Of a stretch of DNA of 64,000 nucleotides, positions 1 to 8,418 are shown in pieces. The stretch comes from Longimicrobiales bacterium (GTDB lineage Bacteria > Gemmatimonadota > Gemmatimonadetes > Longimicrobiales > Gaopeijiaceae), in contig CBDAON010000004.1 in the NCBI GenBank assembly GCA_965198065.1, positions 1,792,001 to 1,856,000 on the forward strand. Direction: 5' to 3'. The notes under the pieces were generated by a model. It saw only the letters and a list, made by a program, of their open reading frames with translations, was not told the origin of the DNA and did not search any database. Within the stretch, counting starts at the first letter, position 1. Every line of letters starts with the position of its first letter. A program made the translations under genes and the position numbers.

Positions 1-1379
1 TACGTCACGCTCAGGACGCGACGCACGCGCTCGGCCTCGAGCGGGATCAAGCCGTCCCGATCTCGAGGGAGCGTGATGGAGCGCGACGCGACCCGGTCCG
101 CAACGGCCCGGTGCTCGGCGGTCCCCACCACCCCCGTCACGGCGTCGAGCGAGACGGTGCGCCCGCGGTGGAGGCCCACCTTCGCCTTCGCCCGGAGGAT
201 ACGGCGCACCGACTCGTCGATCCTCTCCCGGGACACCCGCCCTTCCCTCACCGCCGACAGGACCGCTTCGATCGCCTCCGGTACGGAGGCGGGGATCAGA
301 AGGACATCGGCACCCGCCTCGAGCGCGAGCACCGCGGCCTCGCCGGCCCCGAACCCCGTGGTGATCGCCCCCATGCTGAGCGCGTCGGTGAAGATGATCC
401 CCTCGAAGCCGAGATCGTCCCGAAGGAGCCGCGTCAAGATCTCCGGAGCGAGGGTCGCGGGGGGGCCCTCCGGACCCAGGATCGACGGCACGGACACGTG
501 CGCCGTCATCACGGCGTCCACGCCTTCCTCCACCGCCGCGCGAAACGGAACGAGCTCGATCCGATCCAGGCGTTCGAGATCCGCCGTCACTTCCGGCAGG
601 TTCAGGTGCGAGTCCGTGCCCGTGTCGCCGTGCCCGGGGAAGTGCTTCGCGGTGGTGAGCAGCCCTCCGGCCCGCGCGCCCCTTAAGTAGGCCCTACCGA
701 GCCGCGCCACCTCGGCCGGGTCCTCGCCGAACGAGCGCGTATTGATGATAGGATTCTCGGGGTTCGAGTTCACGTCCAGGACGGGCGCGAACGTCATGTG
801 GACGCCGACGGCTCGCGCCTCGAGGCCCGTGATCCTCGCGAGCTCGCGGACCTCCGCCTCGTCGCCGATGGCCCCAAACCCCATCGTGGGCGGGAAGCTC
901 GTTCCACCTCCCTGCGGAAGGAGGGACGGGAGCGCATACGTGTGGTTGATCCGCATCCCCGGGCCGCCGTTCTCGAAGTCCGATGCGACGAGGAGGGGGA
1001 CGTCCGCCCGGAGCTGGAGCGCGTTCAGCTTGGCCGCGTAGCCGTGAGGGGTTCCGATCGAGATCGCGAGACCGCCGATTCGCCTCCGCTCCACCCACTC
1101 CAGCGCCTCCACGAACTCCGGGTCGTCCTCCGAGGTATAGCCGCCGCTCATCCAGGGAAAGACGAGCTGGCCCACCGCCTCCTCGAGGGAGAGCGTCGCG
1201 AGCGTCTCGTCGATCCACTCCCGGGCCTCGTCGTTCAGCACGTCGGCGTAGTAGGGGCGCGGCACGCCGCCCGAGGACGCGCCGGCGGACCCGGCCGGCG
1301 CGCATCCCGCCCCCGGCCCGCCCACCGCTGCCGCGACGACGAGCGCGACGGCCGCCCGATCGAGCGGCCTCGCCCTCAT
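1..1379 (-). CDS. nagZ: GH3 beta-N-acetylglucosaminidase (NagZ-like), runs off the left window edge
   Basis: Absent from the ORF track because it has no stop in the window. Hand translation from ATG 1379 (ATGA overlap with the upstream gene) gives a signal-like N-terminus, APVLDVNSNPENPIINTRSFGEDP, KHFPGHGDTGTDSH and FTDALSM. Confidence 0.9.
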   Translation of the reverse strand, partial: MRARPLDRAAVALVVAAAVGGPGAGCAPAGSAGASSGGVPRPYYADVLNDEAREWIDETLATLSLEEAVGQLVFPWMSGGYTSEDDPEFVEALEWVERRRIGGLAISIGTPHGYAAKLNALQLRADVPLLVASDFENGGPGMRINHTYALPSLLPQGGGTSFPPTMGFGAIGDEAEVRELARITGLEARAVGVHMTFAPVLDVNSNPENPIINTRSFGEDPAEVARLGRAYLRGARAGGLLTTAKHFPGHGDTGTDSHLNLPEVTADLERLDRIELVPFRAAVEEGVDAVMTAHVSVPSILGPEGPPATLAPEILTRLLRDDLGFEGIIFTDALSMGAITTGFGAGEAAVLALEAGADVLLIPASVPEAIEAVLSAVREGRVSRERIDESVRRILRAKAKVGLHRGRTVSLDAVTGVVGTAEHRAVADRVASRSITLPRDRDGLIPLEAERVRRVLSVT

Positions 1380-3481
1380 CCGCACGCCCCGCGCGCGGGC
1401 AGTGTGGCCCCGTTCCTCGCCGGGAGCTGGATCCCGTCCCCGATCCCGTACTCGGGCGGGATCCGGGTGGGGGTGCGGCCCACGATCGGGAGGTCTCCGA
1501 AGAGCGCCCGTGCCGCCGCCCGCTGGCTCACCTCGGCTCCGCTCCATGCCAGGAGATACGCCTGAACGTCCGGAAAGTCGCTCAGCAGGTAGGGGTTCCC
1601 GAACGAGATGACGACATGGGGCCGCCCGGAGGCGCTCAGCGTCTGGAGGAACTCGACGAGCTCGGGAGGCGCCGCGACCGTCCCCGCAGACGACACGGCC
1701 GTGATGTGGAGCGACACCACCACTAGGTCCATCCCGCGGGCGCGCTCGAGGAGCCGCTCGTACTCGTCCGTCCCGGTGTCGGGCTCGACGGTCGCCGTCC
1801 GGAGCCGCGGGTAGGTCTCCCGGAGGCGCGCGTTGAAGGCACGCCCCGCGAGCAGATCGGTGGTCCGTCGATAGGTGACGGAGATCACGTCTGCCGTCCG
1901 GGTCCCCGCGAGGGGAAGGAGGCCCCGCTCGTTACGAAGGAGCGTCAGGGACCTGTCGGCGACCTCCTGCGCGATCTCCAGGTGCTCCGGAATCCCCACC
2001 CGTCGAAGGACCCCCTCCAGGTCCACCGCCCGCTCACGATGGAGACCCAACTCCGCCTTGAGCGCCAGGATCCGACCGACGGACTCGTCGATGCGCTCCT
2101 CGGGGATCCGTCCGGAAAGCACGGCCGTCATGACCCCCCGGATCGCGGCGTCCAAGTCCGGCGGCATGAGGAGAACGTCCGCTCCGGCCTCCACTGCGCG
2201 TGCCGCGGCCTCCTCTCTCGTGAACGAGCGACCGATCGCTTCCATGTCCATGGCGTCCGTGAAGACGAGCCCATCGAACCCGATGTCGCTCCGGAGGAGC
2301 CCCGTCAGCACGGCGGATGACAGCGTGGCCGGAACGCCCAGATCGCCCGTGAGCTCCGGAATGGACACGTGCGCGGTCATCACGGCTCCCATCCCCACCG
2401 CCACCACCTCGCGGAAGGGCACGAGCTCCGTCTCCTCCAGCTGATCGATCGTGAGCGGGATGACCGGGAGCGAGAGGTGCGAGTCGGTGTTCGTGTTCCC
2501 GTGCCCCGGGAAGTGCTTCCCGGTGGCTACGGCTCCGTAGTCCTGGATGCCCCGGACCAGGCAGCTCCCCAGCGCGGACACGAGCAGCGGATCCTCGCCG
2601 AAGGAACGCGTGTTGATGATCGGGTTGTCTGGATTGTTGTTCACGTCCAGCACCGGCGCGAACGAGACATGGATCCCCACGGCGCGGGCTTCCTCCGCCG
2701 TGACCCTTCCGGTCTCGTACGCCAGAAAGCGATCCCCGGCGGCTCCGAGCGCCATGAGCGACGGGAACTCGGTCGCGCCACCGAGATCGGTTCCTCCGGG
2801 AAGGAAGGTGGCCCCTCGCATCCGGAAGCCCGCCCCCCTCTCCAGGTCCGCCGCCACGAGCAGGGGGATCCGGGGGCTCCGCTGGAGCACGTTGAGCTTC
2901 GCCGCCACATCCATGGGAGTGCCCGCGGACACGATGAATCCTCCGACCTGCTGCTCGTCGATCCGCTGGACGGCCAGCTCGTAGCCCGCGGACCCCTCGG
3001 GCGAGAAGTCCCCGGGGACCCGCGGCATGAGCATCTGACCGACCTTCTGTCGGAGCGTGAGGCTCTCGAGCGTCTCCCGCACCCAGGCTCGCCGCTCCTC
3101 GTCCACGGCCCACTCGTTGGGAGCCCCCACAGGCGCGCGAAGATCGGAGTCTAGGAGAAGGTCGGCAGAGCCGGCACCGGGGGCCGCCCCGCGGTCGCTC
3201 GCGGCGGCCGGGGCGTCGCTCCCTGTGCGGCCACCCAGCCCCCCGCCAGCCCCGCCGGGGGCTGGATTCCGGGCAGGATCGTCGGTCGGCCCTTCGGCGG
3301 CCACCGCCCCCGACTCCTCCACGGGGCCGGGTTCAGGGCCCGGGTCGGGCCACCACGGGAGGCGCAGGGAAGAGCAGCCGACGAGAAGCAGGCCGCCGAG
3401 CGCGAAGATCGTGACAGCCTTCAGCGCACTGATCTGGACGGTCTTCTTGTGGGGCCGGACCATCGGAGGAAGTGGGGCCAT
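1376..3481 (-). CDS. nagZ: GH3 beta-N-acetylglucosaminidase (NagZ-like), probable lipoprotein with GH3 C-terminal domain
   Basis: KHFPGHGNTNTDSH (NagZ-type KHFPGHG-x4-DSH), FTDAMDM, lipobox-like LLVGC. Start uncertain (3481 or 3463). Confidence 0.92.
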   Translation of the reverse strand: MAPLPPMVRPHKKTVQISALKAVTIFALGGLLLVGCSSLRLPWWPDPGPEPGPVEESGAVAAEGPTDDPARNPAPGGAGGGLGGRTGSDAPAAASDRGAAPGAGSADLLLDSDLRAPVGAPNEWAVDEERRAWVRETLESLTLRQKVGQMLMPRVPGDFSPEGSAGYELAVQRIDEQQVGGFIVSAGTPMDVAAKLNVLQRSPRIPLLVAADLERGAGFRMRGATFLPGGTDLGGATEFPSLMALGAAGDRFLAYETGRVTAEEARAVGIHVSFAPVLDVNNNPDNPIINTRSFGEDPLLVSALGSCLVRGIQDYGAVATGKHFPGHGNTNTDSHLSLPVIPLTIDQLEETELVPFREVVAVGMGAVMTAHVSIPELTGDLGVPATLSSAVLTGLLRSDIGFDGLVFTDAMDMEAIGRSFTREEAAARAVEAGADVLLMPPDLDAAIRGVMTAVLSGRIPEERIDESVGRILALKAELGLHRERAVDLEGVLRRVGIPEHLEIAQEVADRSLTLLRNERGLLPLAGTRTADVISVTYRRTTDLLAGRAFNARLRETYPRLRTATVEPDTGTDEYERLLERARGMDLVVVSLHITAVSSAGTVAAPPELVEFLQTLSASGRPHVVISFGNPYLLSDFPDVQAYLLAWSGAEVSQRAAARALFGDLPIVGRTPTRIPPEYGIGDGIQLPARNGATLPARGACG

Positions 3482-3658
3482 CGAGCCGGGTCCCGGGCGT
3501 GGAGTCGAGCCGGTGAATCAAGAGAACGGGCGCCCGCGTTGACCTGGTCCGCCCGATCGCCGATGTTCGGGACCGAACCCCGTGCGACACCTGGCTGGAC
3601 GCCGCCTGGACACGGCCAAGGTAGGAGAAACCCCACACCGCGACAATCCGGGGACACC

Positions 3659-4978
3659 GTGAGATTCCCGACATCCGGACGCCGCGTCGGGGCGCCTCCT
3701 AGCGGGGTCGCCGCGGCCCTCTGTCTGATCGTCGTCGGCTGCGCGCCCGGCGACGCCTCCGACCCTTCGGCCGACGCCGATGCACGGGCCGACGCCCTGG
3801 CGGGATCCGGCGCACCCTCGGTGCCGAGCGTCCGCCCCGGGATCGAAGTGCTCCTCTCGGACTCCCTGCACCTCGTTCGCGGGCAGAGCGTGGGCCTCAT
3901 CACGAACCACACCGGGGTCGATGCGTCCGGGAACTCGTCGATCGATCGGCTCTACACACACTCGGAAGCCGATCTCGTGGCGCTCTTCTCCCCGGAGCAC
4001 GGTATTCGGGGCACGGCCGGGGCCGGGGCGACGGTCGACCAGGAGATCGATTCCGGCACCGGCCTTCTGGTCCACTCCCTTTACGGAGCGACGTTGAGGC
4101 CGACGCCCCAGATGCTCCAGGACGTCGAGGTCCTCCTCTTCGACATCCAGGACATCGGGACGCGCTATTACACGTACATCTCTACGATGGCCCTGGCGAT
4201 GGAGGCCGCCGGAGAGCAGGGAATCCCGTTCGTGGTCCTCGACCGCCCAAACCCGATCGGGGGAGTGCAGGTCCAGGGGAACGTGCTGGATCCGGCGTTC
4301 GCTTCGTTCGTGGGGCGCTACCCAATTCCGACGCGGCACGGCATGACCCCCGGAGAGCTGGCCCGTCTCTTCGCTGGCGAGTTCGGGGTGAGCGTCGAGC
4401 TCCACGTGGTCCCCATGGACGGATGGCGTCGGGGCATGCTCTTTACCGACACGGGTCTCCCCTGGCTCCCGCCGTCTCCGAACATGCCCGACCTAGAGAG
4501 CGCGCTGCACTATCCGGGTACCTGTCTCTTCGAGGGCACCGACCTCTCCGTGGGCCGGGGCACGGAGCGACCCTTCCAGTGGGTCGGCGCCCCGTGGTTG
4601 GACGGGGATGAGCTGGCCCGCCGGATGACGGCCCGGTCGATTCCCGGCGTTGCCTTCCACCCCGCCGTCTTCACCCCGAGCGCACCCGGCGACGGGAAGT
4701 TCGACGGAGCGGAGGTCCATGGCGTCCGACTGGAGGTGACCGACCCCGATCTCTACGACCCGGTCCACGCCGGAATCGCTCTTCTGGTCGAGGCGAGGCG
4801 TATGTCGGGAGACCGGTGGAGATGGAACGTGGAGCACTTCGACCGATTGGCTGGGACCAATCGGGTCCGCTTGGGGGTCGAAGAGGGCAGGAACGTGCCG
4901 GAGCTGACCCAGGGGTGGGCGGGAGAGCTCCGGGCTTTCGAGGCCCGGCGCCAGAGAAGCGTCCTGTACGGACCGTGA
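3659..4978 (+). CDS. namZ: DUF1343 / exo-beta-N-acetylmuramidase NamZ family, probable lipoprotein
   Basis: VGLITNHTG, FSPEHG, FDIQDIGTRYYTY, VLDRPNPIGG, PPSPNMP, SVGRGT motifs and IVVGC lipobox. GTG 3659 preferred over ORF-track 3449. Confidence 0.9.
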   Translation: MRFPTSGRRVGAPPSGVAAALCLIVVGCAPGDASDPSADADARADALAGSGAPSVPSVRPGIEVLLSDSLHLVRGQSVGLITNHTGVDASGNSSIDRLYTHSEADLVALFSPEHGIRGTAGAGATVDQEIDSGTGLLVHSLYGATLRPTPQMLQDVEVLLFDIQDIGTRYYTYISTMALAMEAAGEQGIPFVVLDRPNPIGGVQVQGNVLDPAFASFVGRYPIPTRHGMTPGELARLFAGEFGVSVELHVVPMDGWRRGMLFTDTGLPWLPPSPNMPDLESALHYPGTCLFEGTDLSVGRGTERPFQWVGAPWLDGDELARRMTARSIPGVAFHPAVFTPSAPGDGKFDGAEVHGVRLEVTDPDLYDPVHAGIALLVEARRMSGDRWRWNVEHFDRLAGTNRVRLGVEEGRNVPELTQGWAGELRAFEARRQRSVLYGP

Positions 4979-5007
4979 GTCCGTCACCGGGAACGGGTGA
5001 ACCTGCC

Positions 5008-5904
5008 ATGACCCAGTCTCGTGCGTCTAGATCCGCTCCGCCGCGGCGCGGCGGGCAGGCCCGGATCCTTCCCGGCGGCCACCTGCTTGCCAGCGGGCGG
5101 ACCTGGATCCTCCTCGGCGGCCTCGCGGTTGGCGGCGTGATACCCGCGGCTCTCGCCGGACAGCCGAGGGCGGGGCCGCCGGCTCTCCCCACACCCGTCG
5201 CGATCCAGAGCGCCGTTGCGCCGGTCCCCTTCGGGCCCGGCGAGAGCGCCCAGTACGAGGTGAGGCTCGGGCGCCTGTCCATCGGACGCGGGTCGATGGA
5301 GATCCTGGGCGTGGAGGCCGTACGGGGCCGGTCCTCCTATCACGTGTCGTGGCGCATCGAGGGCGGCCTGCCCCTCCTTCGTGTGCGCGACCACTTCCAG
5401 ACCTGGATGGACGTGACGACCCTGGCGACCCGCCGCTTCATCCAGGACATCGACGAGGTCCGCTACGAGAGGCTCCGCCACTACGAAATCTATCCCGAGG
5501 AGAAGCGCTGGGAGCTCCTGGGGACGGGCGACGCCGAGACGTTTACCACAGACCGGCCGCTGGACGACATCTCGTTCATCTACTACGTCCGGACCCTTCC
5601 GACCCTCGAGGTGGGTCGTACGTACACCCTACACCAGTACTTCCGGGAGGACCGGAATCCCGTAATCCTGAACGTCCTCCGGACGGAGCGGATCGACGTG
5701 CCCGCCGGAACGTTCGACACGATCGTGATCCAGCCCATCATCCGGTCCGGGGGGCTCTTCGGTGAGGGAGGCAATGCCGAGCTCTACTTCACCGACGACG
5801 AGGAGCGCCTCCTCGTCCGCATGGTGACCCGAGGCATCCCCCTCCTCGGAAACCTTTCCCTCCATCTCACGAGCGTCGAGCCGGGCGGTTCGCTGAACGA
5901 CTGA
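5008..5904 (+). CDS. DUF3108-family exported beta-rich protein
   Basis: Signal-like N-terminus; PFGPGE-x3-Y, E-x-I-x-VPAGTF-x-T and YFTDDEERLLV patterns typical of DUF3108. Confidence 0.75.
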   Translation: MTQSRASRSAPPRRGGQARILPGGHLLASGRTWILLGGLAVGGVIPAALAGQPRAGPPALPTPVAIQSAVAPVPFGPGESAQYEVRLGRLSIGRGSMEILGVEAVRGRSSYHVSWRIEGGLPLLRVRDHFQTWMDVTTLATRRFIQDIDEVRYERLRHYEIYPEEKRWELLGTGDAETFTTDRPLDDISFIYYVRTLPTLEVGRTYTLHQYFREDRNPVILNVLRTERIDVPAGTFDTIVIQPIIRSGGLFGEGGNAELYFTDDEERLLVRMVTRGIPLLGNLSLHLTSVEPGGSLND

Positions 5905-5959
5905 ACGGGGGCGGGCGGTTTCAGGCGCGGCGGGGTGGCGCTGCGGACGCCCGGGGCGG

Positions 5960-6907
5960 CTACGTAGCTGCCCGGACGCGTGCCGGGCATTCGCGGGCGA
6001 CGACCTCCAGGAACGCCCGCTGGAGGTCTCGGGTGACGGGCCCTACCGCCCCGTCGCCGACCGGGCGGCCGTCAATGCGCACAATGGGACGCACCTCGGT
6101 CAGGCTCCCCGTGAGGAAGACCTCCGACGCCGCCCTGAGGGCATCGGACGAAGTCGGCCGCTCCTCCACGTCGTAACCCAGGTTCCGGGCCAGCTCCAGC
6201 ACCACGCTCCGGGTGATCCCCGAAAGGATCTGGTGGGAGGCGGAGTGCGTGCGAATGCCCCGACCGAACACGACGAAGAGGTTGCTGTGCGCCGCTTCGA
6301 TCGCTATCCCGTCCCGGACGAAGATCGAGTCCGTGACCCCGGCCTCCCGCGCCGCTTCCTGCGCGAGCACGTTGGGAAGGAGCTGGACGGTCTTGAGGTC
6401 CACACGCGCCCACCGCCGGTCGGGGAGGCTCACGGCCCCGAAACCCTCATTCCACGCGACGGAACTCGCTCGCGCCCAGGAGACCGCGTAGGCGTAGACC
6501 GTCGGTCTGGTCCCCTCCGGCGGGAAGTGATGAATGCGGGGAGCGGCTCCCCGAGTAACCTGAAGGTAGACCATCGAGGTGGGAGCCTCGGAGAGCCCGT
6601 TCCGCTCCACGAGCTCGGAGAGGATCGGCCCGAGCTCCTCCGGATCGAAGTCGATCCCGAGCTCACGGAGGCCACGGGAAAGTCGGTGCTGGTGCGCCGC
6701 GAGTCGGAGGGGCGCTCCCCCGTACACCGGAACGACCTCGTACACGCCGTCCCCGAACAGGAAGCCCCGCTCCTCGACCGAGAGACGCGCTTCCGACTTG
6801 GGCAGGTATGCTCCGTTCAGGTAGACAGTGTCCATCCCCGGTGGTGCTCCGTGGCCGGCGGGTGGCGACGGGGGGTCCTGGGAGGAGGCCTCAGGAACGA
6901 GCGTCAT
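5960..6907 (-). CDS. dat: D-amino acid aminotransferase (PLP class IV)
   Basis: VYLNG, ERGFLFGDGVYEV, YLQVTRG, RWARVDLKTVQLLPNVLA (PLP Lys), ILSGITR. Start at 6907 or 6835. Confidence 0.85.
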   Translation of the reverse strand: MTLVPEASSQDPPSPPAGHGAPPGMDTVYLNGAYLPKSEARLSVEERGFLFGDGVYEVVPVYGGAPLRLAAHQHRLSRGLRELGIDFDPEELGPILSELVERNGLSEAPTSMVYLQVTRGAAPRIHHFPPEGTRPTVYAYAVSWARASSVAWNEGFGAVSLPDRRWARVDLKTVQLLPNVLAQEAAREAGVTDSIFVRDGIAIEAAHSNLFVVFGRGIRTHSASHQILSGITRSVVLELARNLGYDVEERPTSSDALRAASEVFLTGSLTEVRPIVRIDGRPVGDGAVGPVTRDLQRAFLEVVARECPARVRAAT

Positions 6908-7721
6908 TCTGCTCGAGACGGTCGAACTCCTCCAGGAGCTCGGCCTCTCGGATCTGCCCATCCGGCTTCGAGTCGCCCTCGACCTCTTCCTCCTCCTCCG
7001 CGTTCTGGTCTCCGGACGTGATCTGGCGCCTCTCCTCACTCCCCGCCCCGACGAGCCCCATCTCGCGCTTCAACGCCAGGAGTCGCTCGTCCGCGTCGTC
7101 CACGCTCTCGAGCAGATGGAACTCTTTCTCGAGGCTGTCTCCAGCCAGCGACTCCGTGACCTCCGCGGTCGCAATGTTCCTCCGCTCCTCCTCCTCGATC
7201 CGCTCCGCCATCCGATTGAACGTGTCGAAGGCGGACGTGTCGGAGATGCCCGCTAGCGTCTCGTGGATCCGTTTCTGCGCCTGGGCCCGCTTCTGCTTCG
7301 CGATGAGGAGGTTCTTCTTCCGCTTCGCCTCCTCGATGCGCTCGTTCAGCTGCCGGAGAGACGTCTTGAGCTTATCGGTCTCGACCGCCTGAGCTTCCCA
7401 CGTGTTCTTCAGCGTCGCGGCCCGCTCGGCATATTCCCCTTGCCGGAGAAGGGCCTGTTTGGCCAGGTCGTCCCGACTCTCCTGGACAGCGAGCACGGCC
7501 CGCTTCTGCCAATCGCGCGCATGCCTCATCTCGTCTTCGACCTGGACACGGAGCTTGCGCTCGTCGGCGATGGCGGCCGCCACCTCCCGCTTGGCGTTGG
7601 ACAGCTGCTCGCGCATGTCGTGGATAATCTGGTTCAACATCTTCTCCGGGTCTTCGGCCCGGGCGATCAGGTCGTTGATGTTGGACCGGAACAGGGTCGA
7701 CAGCCTCTGAAAGATGCTCAT
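6891..7721 (-). CDS. pspA: PspA/IM30 family protein
   Basis: MSIFQRLSTLFRSNINDLIARAEDPEKMLNQII N-terminus, coiled coil, acidic C-terminal extension. Confidence 0.95.
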   Translation of the reverse strand: MSIFQRLSTLFRSNINDLIARAEDPEKMLNQIIHDMREQLSNAKREVAAAIADERKLRVQVEDEMRHARDWQKRAVLAVQESRDDLAKQALLRQGEYAERAATLKNTWEAQAVETDKLKTSLRQLNERIEEAKRKKNLLIAKQKRAQAQKRIHETLAGISDTSAFDTFNRMAERIEEEERRNIATAEVTESLAGDSLEKEFHLLESVDDADERLLALKREMGLVGAGSEERRQITSGDQNAEEEEEVEGDSKPDGQIREAELLEEFDRLEQNDARS

Positions 7722-7725
7722 GCGA

Positions 7726-8127
7726 TCAGCCCTCCACCGGCGCTGCCGCAAGCGCCCGGATCCGCTCCATGTGACTGGAAGCGGCCAGCATGATGCTCTC
7801 CAGCGCATCCTGCAGCTCGGCGAAGTCCATGGTTTCCAGCTGGAGCGTCTCGGTCAGAACGAGCTCGTTCTCTTCCAGGCCGTAGGCGCCATGGATCACG
7901 TCGTTGGCATTGAGCTCGAGCAAGGTCCGGAAGAGCTCTTCTCGGCTGCCGGTGCCCGGCTCCAGATCCATGACCTTCAGGCGGAGCACGAGCAGAGGGG
8001 AAGAGTGGTTCGCGACGACGGTCAGGCCCTCGGATCTGCCGCGGACGAGGTAGATCCCTTCCGCGATCTCCTCGTACTCGGCATCCATCCGGATGAAGTA
8101 GCTCTCCAGATCCTCGCGGCTCACCAT
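7726..8127 (-). CDS. CesT/Tir-chaperone-like (YbjN-like) small acidic protein
   Basis: 133 aa, acidic, LFRTLLELNA..HGAYGLEENELVL pattern. GGAGG SD upstream of ATG 8127; ends 4 nt before pspA. Confidence 0.75.
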   Translation of the reverse strand: MVSREDLESYFIRMDAEYEEIAEGIYLVRGRSEGLTVVANHSSPLLVLRLKVMDLEPGTGSREELFRTLLELNANDVIHGAYGLEENELVLTETLQLETMDFAELQDALESIMLAASSHMERIRALAAAPVEG

Positions 8128-8253
8128 GTTCCCTCCATGCAGGTTGCTGCGGCGTGGGGCGGCCGGAGGGCTGCCCTCTCTCTGATACGGGTGCCTCTCC
8201 CAGAGGGTCCGCCGGAGCCAGAGCCTCGAGGAGCGCTCATGTGTGGAAAGCCT

Positions 8254-8279
8254 TACGGCGGCCCTCACGGAAAGATTCA
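8254..8279 (-). promoter_or_regulatory. Candidate ECF sigma promoter for CesT-like/pspA/dat
   Basis: TGAATC-N16-CGTA, one mismatch from the SigW-type TGAAAC-N16-CGTA, about 125 nt upstream of the first ATG. Confidence 0.55.
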
Positions 8280-8418
8280 GGGGACAGGCGAAACCCACGC
8301 CCGGTCGCGTTACGCGCGCTCGACGTTCCTCAGTTACAGGACACTAGCTTAGAGGGGCACCCCACCGGGAGCAATGATGGGCACGCTCAGAGGAGGGAGA
8401 CCGCCGCCCGACGCTCCC

